A DNA stretch of 64,000 nucleotides from an uncultured Chlorobiota bacterium (GTDB lineage: Bacteria > Bacteroidota > Bacteroidia > Bacteroidales > JAADGE01). The notes under the pieces are model-generated. The model ran no database searches, was not told the DNA's origin, and worked only from the letters and a program-made list of their open reading frames with translations. The translations under genes were made by a program, and so were the position numbers. The stretch covers positions 89-64,088 of the forward strand of contig CAMZKV010000018.1 in assembly GCA_947311445.1 (NCBI GenBank), given 5' to 3'. This document shows, piece by piece, positions 47,937-57,406 of this stretch; the stretch's first letter is position 1, and every line of letters begins with the position of its first letter.

Positions 47937-49856
47937 ATGTCATATATAAAAATTGAAAAAGATAAACTTGTTAACCTAGAGTATGCTTTGAGCAAAGAAC
48001 TTCTTCGTTCAAATAGAGCAGGCTCATATGCCAGCACTACTCTTAATGGATGCAATACTAGAAAATATCATGGCTTATTGGTAAGTTTATTGAAAGATGA
48101 AAAAAAATATGTTTTGTTATCAACTGTTGATGAAACTGTTATACAAAAAGGAAAAGAATTTAGATTGGGAATACACCAATATCCCGGGAATATTTATTTT
48201 CCGCATGGGCATAGATATTTAACAGGATTTCAAAGTGAACCAATACCTGCAAAAACATATAGGGTAGGAGGGGTTGTTCTAAAAAAAGAACTAATACTTG
48301 CCCAAGAAGAAGAGCAAATATTAATAAAGTACACAATTGAAGATGCTCATTCTGCAACAATTTTAAGACTGCAACCTTTTTTTGCTTTTAGAAATATTCA
48401 TGAACTAAGCAAAGAAAATTTTGATGTAAACACCAAAACTTCTGAAATAGAGAATGGAATAAAATACAGAATGTACGAAAAATACCCTTATTTGTATATC
48501 CAAACTTCAAAAAAAGGAAAATTTATTACAGCACCGGATTGGAATAAAAATAATTTATATATTGAAGAACAAAAAAGAGGTTATGACTATCTTGAAGATT
48601 TGTTTGTTATTGGCTATTTTGAAGTAAAAGTAAAAAAAGGAGATGAAATAATTTTTTCGGTAGGATTAAGAGAGGCAAAACCAAAAAGTTTGAATTCTAA
48701 ATTTAAATCTGAAATTAAAAAAAGAACTTCTCGAAAGAGTTTTGAAACAAATCTTGAAAATTCGGCACAACAATTTTTTATCAATAAAAAAAAAGAAGCA
48801 CGATTATTAGCCGGTTTCCATTGGTACGGTTCGTCTTTCAGGAGGACATTAATTGCTTTAAGCGGCTTAACTCTTTATAATAAAAATACTAAAAAATTTA
48901 TAGAAATATTAGATGTAATAATTAAAAAGGTATTAGAAAATCCTGAAAAATTTTCTGCGGATATACCTTTACTAATAATTAGAGCAATACAAGAATATGT
49001 AGCTTTTGCAGATAACTGTGAAAAAGTATGGAAAAAATATGGAAAACATATAATTTCTATTTTTAGAAACTTAAAGGAAGGGAAATATAATGCAGATTTG
49101 CAAAACAATGGATTATTATATATTCCTGAAGATAAACCTGTTTCAACTTGGATGAAAGAACTTTATCGAGGGAAAGCTGTAACTCCCAGAACAGGTTTTG
49201 TAGTTGAGGTTAATGCTTTGTGGTATAATGCTTTACAATATCTTTCAGGGGTGGCAGAATTAAATAATAGTAAAATACTTAAAAAGGAAATAGGCAATTT
49301 ACCTGAACAAGCAAAACATTTCTTCAATAATATTTTTATTAATGAGAAAGAAAAGTATTTATATGATTATGTAAATAACAATGAGCAAAATGAAGATGTA
49401 AGACCAAATCAAATATTTGCAGTATCGCTTCCGTATTCTCCATTATCCGATAAAAATAAAAAAAATATTTTACTAAAAGCTGAAAAACATTTAGTTACAC
49501 CGAAAGGTCTAAGAACCCTTTCTCCAAAAAACAAAAAGTATATTGGAAAGTACGGAGGAAATGAAGATGAAAGAAATTTAGCAACACATCAAGGAACTGT
49601 TCATCCTTGGCTTTTTGCAGAATATGCAAAAGCATGGCTGAATTTATATAATGAGCAAGGATTAGATTATGTAGAAAAAAAGTATAAAAAATTTGAAGAA
49701 GAAATGAACAGTTATGGTTTAGGTACAGTTTCAGAGCTTTATGACGGAAACCCTCCGCATAATGCAAATGGGGCAATATCTTATGCTCCAAGTGTTGCTG
49801 CATTATTGAGAGTAAAAATGTTGATTGAAGAGTATAAAAAAATAACAAAAATATAA
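47937..49856 (+). CDS. Glycogen debranching enzyme family protein (GDE N-terminal + amylo-alpha-1,6-glucosidase domains)
   Basis: CNTRKYHGLLV, RPNQIFAVSLPYSPL, GLRTLSP, HQGTVHPWLFAEY and GTVSELYDGNPPH, which are typical of bacterial GDE/GH133-like proteins. Confidence 0.85.
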   Translation: MSYIKIEKDKLVNLEYALSKELLRSNRAGSYASTTLNGCNTRKYHGLLVSLLKDEKKYVLLSTVDETVIQKGKEFRLGIHQYPGNIYFPHGHRYLTGFQSEPIPAKTYRVGGVVLKKELILAQEEEQILIKYTIEDAHSATILRLQPFFAFRNIHELSKENFDVNTKTSEIENGIKYRMYEKYPYLYIQTSKKGKFITAPDWNKNNLYIEEQKRGYDYLEDLFVIGYFEVKVKKGDEIIFSVGLREAKPKSLNSKFKSEIKKRTSRKSFETNLENSAQQFFINKKKEARLLAGFHWYGSSFRRTLIALSGLTLYNKNTKKFIEILDVIIKKVLENPEKFSADIPLLIIRAIQEYVAFADNCEKVWKKYGKHIISIFRNLKEGKYNADLQNNGLLYIPEDKPVSTWMKELYRGKAVTPRTGFVVEVNALWYNALQYLSGVAELNNSKILKKEIGNLPEQAKHFFNNIFINEKEKYLYDYVNNNEQNEDVRPNQIFAVSLPYSPLSDKNKKNILLKAEKHLVTPKGLRTLSPKNKKYIGKYGGNEDERNLATHQGTVHPWLFAEYAKAWLNLYNEQGLDYVEKKYKKFEEEMNSYGLGTVSELYDGNPPHNANGAISYAPSVAALLRVKMLIEEYKKITKI

Positions 49857-49860
49857 TCAG

Positions 49861-51294
49861 ATGAGAGTATTAATGTTTGGTTGGGAATTCCCTCCGCATA
49901 TATCCGGAGGCTTAGGAACGGCAAGTTACGGTCTTACAAAAAGCTTGTCTGCAATAGACGATTTAGAAATACTTTTTGTTGTTCCTAAGTTGTATGGTGA
50001 TGAAGATGAGGATGTTGCAAACTTAATTGGAGCAGGCGATATAAGAGTTAAACAATATAAGAAAAAGTTTACAGATGCATGGAAAGAATATATACAGGAA
50101 ATTTCAGAGAAAGGAGAAATTGATTATATATCAGGTAAAAACAAATTAAATTTAAAAAGTATTGAATTTATTGAAGTAAAATCTAGACTGCAACCATATT
50201 TGTCTCCTGCAGAGTTTGAAAATTTTTTGAAAGAAAAAAATATTATTGGAGCTAAAATTAAAATTGATGAAAGAGGAAAGCTATATTATGAGAAAGATGG
50301 AAAAATAAAAGAAATTAATTTTTCAAAAAAAGAAACTGAAGTATATTCTGAAGACGGAAAGTTTATTTTCTCAGGAAAATATGGTTCAAATTTACTTCAA
50401 GAAGTATATAATTATGCGAGAGTAGCTGTAGTAATTGCCAAAGAAAATGATTTTGACTTAATACATGGGCATGATTGGCTTGCAAATGCTGCAGGAATTG
50501 CAGCGAAAAAGGTTTCCGGGAAACCATTGGTAATTCATGTTCATGCAACAGAATATGACAGAGGAGGTGCGGATAGAATTGACTCACGTGTTTTTGCTTT
50601 GGAACAAGCCGGAATGATGGCAGCAGATAAAATAATTACAGTAAGTAATTTAACAAAAAACACTGTAATAAAACACTATGGAGCTGATGAAAATAAAGTT
50701 CAAACAGTATATAATGCAGTAGAGCCACAGGAAGCGGAAAAAAATATTTATAAAAAAAATGTAAAAGAAAAGCTAGTAACTTTCCTAGGAAGAATTACCT
50801 ATCAAAAAGGACCTGCATACTTTATAAATGCAGCAAAAAAAGTACTTGAAAAGACAGATAATGTTAGATTTGTTATGGCAGGGAATGGAGATATGTATCA
50901 AGAAATGATTAAATATGCTGCAAAAATGGGTATTGCAGATAAATTTCATTTTACAGATTTTTTGAAAGGAGATGAGGTTATTAAAATGTTCTCAATTAGC
51001 GATGTATATGTTATGCCATCTGTTTCTGAACCCTTTGGAATTTCTCCATTGGAAGCAATGAGATCAAATGTTCCTGTTATAATTTCTAAGCAATCAGGAG
51101 TAGCAGAAGTAATTCAAAATGCAATAAAGATTGATTATTGGGATGATGAGGCTTTGGCAGATTCAATATACGGGCTTATAAAATACAACGGATTATCTAA
51201 AATGTTCATCAAACAATCAAAAGAAGAAGTTGAAGCTATGAAATGGGATAAGCCTGCAAAAGAAGTAAAAGAAATTTATGATTCATTAGTTTAA
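49861..51294 (+). CDS. Glycosyltransferase family 4 (glycogen synthase-like)
   Basis: N-terminal FGWEFPPHISGGLG. GT-B C-terminal motif PSVSEPFGISPLEAM (E-x7-E). Operon position is between the GDE and GH57 genes, 4 nt after the GDE stop. Confidence 0.85.
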   Translation: MRVLMFGWEFPPHISGGLGTASYGLTKSLSAIDDLEILFVVPKLYGDEDEDVANLIGAGDIRVKQYKKKFTDAWKEYIQEISEKGEIDYISGKNKLNLKSIEFIEVKSRLQPYLSPAEFENFLKEKNIIGAKIKIDERGKLYYEKDGKIKEINFSKKETEVYSEDGKFIFSGKYGSNLLQEVYNYARVAVVIAKENDFDLIHGHDWLANAAGIAAKKVSGKPLVIHVHATEYDRGGADRIDSRVFALEQAGMMAADKIITVSNLTKNTVIKHYGADENKVQTVYNAVEPQEAEKNIYKKNVKEKLVTFLGRITYQKGPAYFINAAKKVLEKTDNVRFVMAGNGDMYQEMIKYAAKMGIADKFHFTDFLKGDEVIKMFSISDVYVMPSVSEPFGISPLEAMRSNVPVIISKQSGVAEVIQNAIKIDYWDDEALADSIYGLIKYNGLSKMFIKQSKEEVEAMKWDKPAKEVKEIYDSLV

Positions 51295-51307
51295 AAAAAA
51301 CAACATT

Positions 51308-53038
51308 ATGCAACACATCTGTTTATATTTTCAAGTACATCAACCGTATAGGTTAAAAAGATATAGGTTTTTTAATATTGGTGAAGATAGCAAATATTTT
51401 GACGATTTTGAAAACAGAATGCACATGCAAAGAATTGCAAACGACAGCTATCTATACACCAACAAAATTCTTTTAGATTTAATAAAAAAACATAAAAAAA
51501 AGTTTAAAGTTAGTTTCTCCATTTCGGGTATGGCTTTGGAGCAGTTTAACGAATATGCACCCGAAGTTCTAGAAAGTTTTAAAGAACTTGCAAAAACAGG
51601 AAGTGTTGAGTTTTTAGCAGAAACATACTCTCATTCTCTAATCTCAATGTTTGATAAGGATGAGTTTAAATTGCAAGTAAACGAGCATGTAAAGGATATT
51701 AAAAAATATTTTGGTCAAACTCCTAAGGTATTCAGAAATACAGAGTTGATATATGATAATTTAATAGGACAAGCAGTTTCGGAAATGGGTTATAAAGCTA
51801 TGATTACAGAGGGGGCAAAACATATTCTTGGCTGGAAAAGTCCTAATGTTTTATATTATAATGTGCTTAAACCGGAATTGAAACTTATACTTAAAAACTA
51901 TAAATTAAGTGATGATATTGCATTTAGGTTTTCGGATGAGGCTTGGGATGAATATCCGCTTACAGCAAAAAAATATGCCAGTTGGATTAATGAATTAGAT
52001 GATAAACAAGAAGTTGTAAACCTTTTTATGGATTATGAAACTTTTGGAGAACATCAAAAGGCACATACTGGAATTTTTGATTTTCTTAAAACATTTCCAG
52101 ATGAGATTATTAAAAACAAGAAGTTTAAATTTGCAACGCCTTCGGAAATTGCAAAAAAACATGAGCCTGTTGCCTCTATGAATGTACCTTATGCAATTTC
52201 TTGGGCAGATGAGGAGCGAGATTTAACAGCTTGGCTCGGAAATGAAATGCAAAAAGAAGCATTTAATAAATTATATGAATTGTTACCGAAAATAAAAATT
52301 ATAAAAAGACCTGATTTGCAAAAAGCATGGAGATATTTGCAGACTTCGGACCATTTTTATTATATGAGCACAAAAATTTTATCAGACGGAATGGTGCATG
52401 ATTATTTTAATCCTTTTAATTCTCCATATGATGCTTTCATAAATTATATGAATGTTCTAAGTGATTTTCAATTGAGAGTTAATGAAGCCTATGAACAAAG
52501 CATTCCGGAAGAACCAGAAGATATTATGAACAAGATTAAAGATTTTGAAAAGAAAATTTATGATTTATACTTAATACTTAATAAACCTGCAATGATTGAA
52601 AGGGTAAAACCAATTTTTGCCGCAATTGAAAAAACAAAAAAAGAATATGTTGCTATTGCAGGGACAAAAAAAACTGTTAAGGCTTTGCCAAAGAAAAAAA
52701 TAGTTGTTCCAAAATCTAAAAAGAAAACAATAAGAAAAACAAGCATAAAAAAAAGAACTTCAAAAAAGGCTATTATAAAAACAGATGATTTAACTAAAAT
52801 TGAAGGTATTGGACCAAAAATTTCATCAATACTATTTGATGCAGGAATAAATACCTTTAAGAAATTATCAAAGGCAAAGGGTGAAAAAATTTCTGAGATA
52901 TTAATAAAATTCGGAGGTAATGCTTATAAACGTTTTAATCCTAGCACGTGGGGAGAACAAGCAAATCTTGCTGATGGCGGGAAATGGGATGCTTTAAAAA
53001 AGTTGCAAGATAAATTGGATGGTGGCAGAAAAAAATAA
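51308..53038 (+). CDS. Glycoside hydrolase family 57 (alpha-amylase-like) fused to a Lys-rich linker and a C-terminal helix-hairpin-helix domain
   Basis: GH57 regions LYFQVHQPYRL, AETYSHSL, FMDYETFGEH and WADEERD. The tail is KKTVKALPKKKIVVPKSKKKTIRK ..., then DDLTKIEGIGPKISSILFDAGINTF. Confidence 0.85.
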   Translation: MQHICLYFQVHQPYRLKRYRFFNIGEDSKYFDDFENRMHMQRIANDSYLYTNKILLDLIKKHKKKFKVSFSISGMALEQFNEYAPEVLESFKELAKTGSVEFLAETYSHSLISMFDKDEFKLQVNEHVKDIKKYFGQTPKVFRNTELIYDNLIGQAVSEMGYKAMITEGAKHILGWKSPNVLYYNVLKPELKLILKNYKLSDDIAFRFSDEAWDEYPLTAKKYASWINELDDKQEVVNLFMDYETFGEHQKAHTGIFDFLKTFPDEIIKNKKFKFATPSEIAKKHEPVASMNVPYAISWADEERDLTAWLGNEMQKEAFNKLYELLPKIKIIKRPDLQKAWRYLQTSDHFYYMSTKILSDGMVHDYFNPFNSPYDAFINYMNVLSDFQLRVNEAYEQSIPEEPEDIMNKIKDFEKKIYDLYLILNKPAMIERVKPIFAAIEKTKKEYVAIAGTKKTVKALPKKKIVVPKSKKKTIRKTSIKKRTSKKAIIKTDDLTKIEGIGPKISSILFDAGINTFKKLSKAKGEKISEILIKFGGNAYKRFNPSTWGEQANLADGGKWDALKKLQDKLDGGRKK

Positions 53039-53048
53039 GACTATAATA

Positions 53049-53240
53049 TTATCTATTGGCAATTCTTTTGTTACGCCAAATAAAATACATTAGAACTGAA
53101 ATTAAAATAAATACAAAATAGTACCAACTTGTTGCAAAAGAATGGGTTATGGTTTTGTGGATTCCTATAATAAGATTCATTAAAGCAATAGCAATCCAAA
53201 GAATTTCACGTGCTTTTGATTGTTTATATTCTTGGTTCAT
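53049..53240 (-). CDS. Small two-TM membrane protein (63 aa), hypothetical
   Basis: Two clear hydrophobic helices (ILWIAIALMNLIIGI and WYYFVFILISVLMYFIW). It lies 37 nt downstream of the PP2C gene on the same strand. Coding status is not proven. Confidence 0.35.
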   Translation of the reverse strand: MNQEYKQSKAREILWIAIALMNLIIGIHKTITHSFATSWYYFVFILISVLMYFIWRNKRIANR

Positions 53241-53277
53241 TTTATTTGGTTGTTCCTAATGAAAGGGAATTTAATTT

Positions 53278-56200
53278 TTATATTTTCATGCCTATAAGCA
53301 ATATGTCATCTACTTGAATATTGTCATTTTTCCATTTTAATAATACTGTTTCCGAAATTTCTTTTTGTTTTTCTAATGGGTATTTTTGTATGTGCATTAA
53401 TAGTTCTCTAAAACGCCGAAGATTAAACTTTTTGCCAAATTTTCCGCCAAATTGATCTGCATATCCATCAGAAAAAATATAAATTAAATCATCTTTTTTA
53501 AGTTTAACATATTTATTTGTAAACTTACTATTATTTAGTTTTTTATTGTATCCAATTGGAATTCTGTCGGCTTCAATTTTGGATAGTTTTTTGTTTCTAA
53601 TTATATATGCAGGGTTATTCGCTCCGGCAAAGTTCAAAGACATATTTTTCTTGTCAATTATTGCCAAAGCCATGTCCATTCCGTCATGTGTTGTATTTTC
53701 ATTTTGTTGATGTAGAGTGGATATTACTTGTTTTCTGAGCGAATTTAATATGCTTGCAGCATCAATATCTCCTTCTTTACGAATAAGGCCATTTATTATT
53801 TCATTTAAAAAAGATATTCCAAGCATACTTAAAAAACCTCCCGGAACACCATGCCCCGTACAATCAACCGCAGCAACTAAAAGTTTGTTTTTAGCTTCTG
53901 CCATCCAGTAAAAATCTCCACTAACAATGTCTCTTGGTTTGTATAGATTAAAAAATCCGGATAAATATTTTTTGTGTAATGAAGTGTCAGGTAAGGCAGC
54001 TTTTTGTATTTTTCCTGCATATCTAATACTTCCCTTTATCTCATTATTCTGATAATTTATTTTTTCATATTGTTTATATATTTCATTGTTTTGATTTTTT
54101 ATAAGTTGGTTTTGTTGTTCAATTTCAGCTGTTCTTTCTTTTACTTTAATTTCTAAAATTTCATTATACTCTTTTATTCGTCTTTGTTTTCTTCTGTAAA
54201 ATGCTGAAATTAATACTGCTGTTAGTATAAGTAGTGCTAAAAACGAAATTACAATAAGTGTTGTTGATTTCCAAAAAGGAGCTTCTATGCTTAAATTTAT
54301 TTTAATTAATTCAGATTGCTCATTTAAATCATTTATAGCTGTAAAATAGATTGTATGATTCCCAGCTGGTAATACTGAAATTTTAATTTTTGGGCCGGAA
54401 GATTCTATGTAGTTTTCAGTATTTTTACTGTCTATTGTAAAGTAATATTTAACAAAGCCTTTTTTTAGATAATATGGAGAAGTTAATTGAATATTTATAA
54501 ATTCATAATCACTTTGTAGTTTAATTTCATTAAAGTTTGCGAAAGATTTTCCGTTTTTATCTGTAATATCTGTAATGAATAGTTTAAATTCTCGTTTATT
54601 TTTCTTGCTATTTTTAGATATTTTAAAAAGAGAGTTATTTTGACATATTACCCAAAAATTATTTTTATCGTCGCTTAAAATTTTTTCAATATTTTCAAAT
54701 AACCAAGCATATTTAAGATGATTCAAATTTTCACTTGTGTTAATTTTTGCTTTTATAGAATTGTTTTCTGTTATTATTATACTTGAATCCGATAATGAAA
54801 ATATTTTTAAGATATTATCAAATTTTGAATATTCTCGTACTGCTAAGGTTTCACTATCGTAATAGTATGCGAAATTTGATGTTATAAAAATAATAGTGTC
54901 ATTACTTTCAATAATTTTTAAGTTATTACTTTGGTCAATATTTAATTCGAATTTTTGAGAAGATAAAATGTTTGAACCTTTAATGCTAAGTCTAAATAAA
55001 CTATTTTGAGAGTCGCCCCAAAGCGTAGAGTCGTTAACTTTGAATATTTTTTGGAAACTAGCCTTGTTTATTGTCTCTCCTTTAATTTTAGAAACCAAAA
55101 GTTTATTATTTTTTTTTGTAATCTTATATATTCCATCTTCTGTTGCAGAAAATGTAGATTTGTTATCTCCGGATATATCATTTATATATGTGTTAGGAAT
55201 TAAAGGCAGAGCAACTGTGTCTTTAACATAAAATAGACCTGAATTTGTTGATGCTAATAAATATCCGTTAAACTCTTTAAGATGTTTGCATTTACTGTTA
55301 ATTCCTCTAATTTTTTTGTAAATATTTCTTACAGATTGTAATTCATATATTTTTTTGTATTCAGTAACTTCTTTATATACAGCCTTGTACCTTGTTTTAG
55401 TTTTTACTTTTTTGTTATTGCTTTTAGAACTTTTATTATTTGTTTTATTGTTTCCTTCTTCTTTTTCATCTGTTACTTTTTCTTGTTTCTTTCTTTCCTT
55501 TCTTTCTTTCCATCTTTTAAAAAAGCCCTTTTTTTCGGTTTCTTGTTCAATTTCTTCATATGGAATAGAATTAATTGTTTCAGAATATGAATTATTTCTA
55601 ATGTTTTTGTTTTTTGTCTTTCTAGGAGAAATTCTTTTCCATGTTTTCTTCTTAGTTTTTGTTGCAACTTCTACTTCATTATAATTTTTAAATTCTGATA
55701 AAACAAATAGTCCTTCACCAGTTGCAATGTATAATGAACTGTCAATAACTTTTACATAATTTATTTTTCCTTGCAAACCGGGGTAATAGTTGTAAGAAGA
55801 AACAGGAACATCAAATGCAATTCTGCTTACTCCATAATCGTGAGAAAGCCATAACTCTCCATTTTTATTTGTTGATGAAGCATATATTTCATCATCGGGA
55901 AGTCCTGTTCTGTAATTAATTGTATGAGAAGTTTTTCCGGTTTTTTTATTTATTATAATTGCCCCACCGTTAAGAGTTGTAACAATAAATTCATTTTCAT
56001 TGTAATCCAATGCTCCTGTAATTATACTTTCTTTTATGTAATTATCTGAGCTTGTTTTAAATGGCTTATAAGTTTTACCGTTAAATGAATATATCTTATT
56101 GTTACTCATTCCAATAAGAACTGACTTGCCATTGTTTATGGAAAAAGATATTTCGTAACTTGAAAATATTGAATCAGATAAAAGAGATGATGTTGATTCT

Positions 56201-56826
56201 TTTTCAATAATATGTAATCCTAAATCTGATAAGGAAGCATATAATTTATTATTAAAATAAAATGCTCCTGTTATTGTTTTATTGTCATCAAAATACTCTA
56301 ACTCTATTCTTAATGGCTCGTTTTTGTCTGTACAAAATATTTTATGCTTACTTCTAAAAAATACTTTGTTCTCATTTTCAAAAATATTTGAGTATTTTTC
56401 ATTATTATTAATAGAAGTCTTTTTAAATTCATAATTGCCTGATTTATTTCTCTTTATGACACCAAATCCTTTGCTTGTTGAAACGTAAAAAACATCTCTT
56501 TTTTTATCTTTCAATAGTAAATTAGGATTGTTTTTAATTGGGAGTTCTTTTTCTGTAATTCCATCAAAAAATATAATTCCTTTGCTTGTTAAAAAAAGCA
56601 TAATGCCGGAACTATCTTGGCATATAGATTTTATTTTGGTGTTAAAACTAAAGTTTGTAATAAATTGATGTCCATTTGGAAGAATATTTTTGGAAGAATC
56701 AATTTTAGAATTTGTTATTTTAGAGAGTTTTTCATTTGTTTTATTTTGCTTAATATTATTAATTCCGGGCATAAAAAAGGAAGCTGAAATTAGAAGAATT
56801 AAGCTAAATGAAAAAAAGTGTTTCAT
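53278..56826 (-). CDS. Membrane SpoIIE/PP2C phosphatase with periplasmic beta-propeller + Y_Y_Y-like sensor region
   Basis: Signal/TM, then about 850 aa of repeat-rich extracytoplasmic region ending in an Ig-like segment (FVKYYFTIDS ... AGNHTIYFTAINDLNEQS). A TM helix (LIVISFLALLILTAVLISAFY) and a coiled coil follow. PP2C motifs: RDIVSGDFYWM, AAVDCTGHGVPG, DGMDMALA, IYIFSDGYADQ. Confidence 0.85.
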   Translation of the reverse strand: MKHFFSFSLILLISASFFMPGINNIKQNKTNEKLSKITNSKIDSSKNILPNGHQFITNFSFNTKIKSICQDSSGIMLFLTSKGIIFFDGITEKELPIKNNPNLLLKDKKRDVFYVSTSKGFGVIKRNKSGNYEFKKTSINNNEKYSNIFENENKVFFRSKHKIFCTDKNEPLRIELEYFDDNKTITGAFYFNNKLYASLSDLGLHIIEKESTSSLLSDSIFSSYEISFSINNGKSVLIGMSNNKIYSFNGKTYKPFKTSSDNYIKESIITGALDYNENEFIVTTLNGGAIIINKKTGKTSHTINYRTGLPDDEIYASSTNKNGELWLSHDYGVSRIAFDVPVSSYNYYPGLQGKINYVKVIDSSLYIATGEGLFVLSEFKNYNEVEVATKTKKKTWKRISPRKTKNKNIRNNSYSETINSIPYEEIEQETEKKGFFKRWKERKERKKQEKVTDEKEEGNNKTNNKSSKSNNKKVKTKTRYKAVYKEVTEYKKIYELQSVRNIYKKIRGINSKCKHLKEFNGYLLASTNSGLFYVKDTVALPLIPNTYINDISGDNKSTFSATEDGIYKITKKNNKLLVSKIKGETINKASFQKIFKVNDSTLWGDSQNSLFRLSIKGSNILSSQKFELNIDQSNNLKIIESNDTIIFITSNFAYYYDSETLAVREYSKFDNILKIFSLSDSSIIITENNSIKAKINTSENLNHLKYAWLFENIEKILSDDKNNFWVICQNNSLFKISKNSKKNKREFKLFITDITDKNGKSFANFNEIKLQSDYEFINIQLTSPYYLKKGFVKYYFTIDSKNTENYIESSGPKIKISVLPAGNHTIYFTAINDLNEQSELIKINLSIEAPFWKSTTLIVISFLALLILTAVLISAFYRRKQRRIKEYNEILEIKVKERTAEIEQQNQLIKNQNNEIYKQYEKINYQNNEIKGSIRYAGKIQKAALPDTSLHKKYLSGFFNLYKPRDIVSGDFYWMAEAKNKLLVAAVDCTGHGVPGGFLSMLGISFLNEIINGLIRKEGDIDAASILNSLRKQVISTLHQQNENTTHDGMDMALAIIDKKNMSLNFAGANNPAYIIRNKKLSKIEADRIPIGYNKKLNNSKFTNKYVKLKKDDLIYIFSDGYADQFGGKFGKKFNLRRFRELLMHIQKYPLEKQKEISETVLLKWKNDNIQVDDILLIGMKI

Positions 56827-57353
56827 GTGTTTAGAATCGTATAATTAGTTTATATTGAATGAGTTGTTTGTGTTTTTTATGTTTATTAAAATTGTTTTAC
56901 TTTTTACATAGGGACGCTTACGTTGTTCTGCAATTAATTAGTATCCTTAATTTTAGCCATGCTATTTGGTGCAAAAATATTTGTTATTTGTGTTTCGCAT
57001 GTTACAATATTGAGAGATGTTTTCTAAAAATTCAGTAAAAGTATTATTTATAATTATGAAAACAAAAAAAAATACATATATGGGCAGACAGGTGTAAACT
57101 TATGCTTTCTTAAAAATAATAATTTACTTTAATCGTGGCACATTATAACGTGCCACGATAACACAATAATTTTGGATTTTTAGATTTTTAAGTTTAAGCG
57201 TTCTTAAAAGTTGTAATTTTAATTGTTAAATTTTATTAATTGGTATATTTAAAGCATTACATGATTTTATTATATTAAGTTTTAAAACTTAACTTAATTT
57301 GAAAAAAAACCACAATATTTAATTTTAGAATAGAAACTTACTTTTTTTATATT

Positions 57354-57384
57354 AAAAAGCTGAATAAATAATTATTCAGCTTTT
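57354..57384 (-). terminator. Intrinsic terminator after kbl
   Basis: aaaaAGCTGAATAAataaTTATTCAGCTtttt: a 10-bp stem with A/T runs on both sides, 23 nt past the kbl stop. Confidence 0.6.
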
Positions 57385-57406
57385 AAAATTACATTTAAAT
57401 AAACAA

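Noticed and set aside
55355-55684. 109-aa plus-strand ORF and 64-aa minus-strand ORF (55473-55667) within the large PP2C gene
   Set aside because: Both arise from the Lys/Glu-rich low-complexity insert of the PP2C protein. That composition keeps several frames open, so there is no evidence of separate genes.
57135-57152. TGGCAC within the palindrome (and at 24357) considered as a sigma-54 -24 element
   Set aside because: The required -12 TTGC at the correct 5-nt spacing is absent in both cases (aacg and aacc instead).
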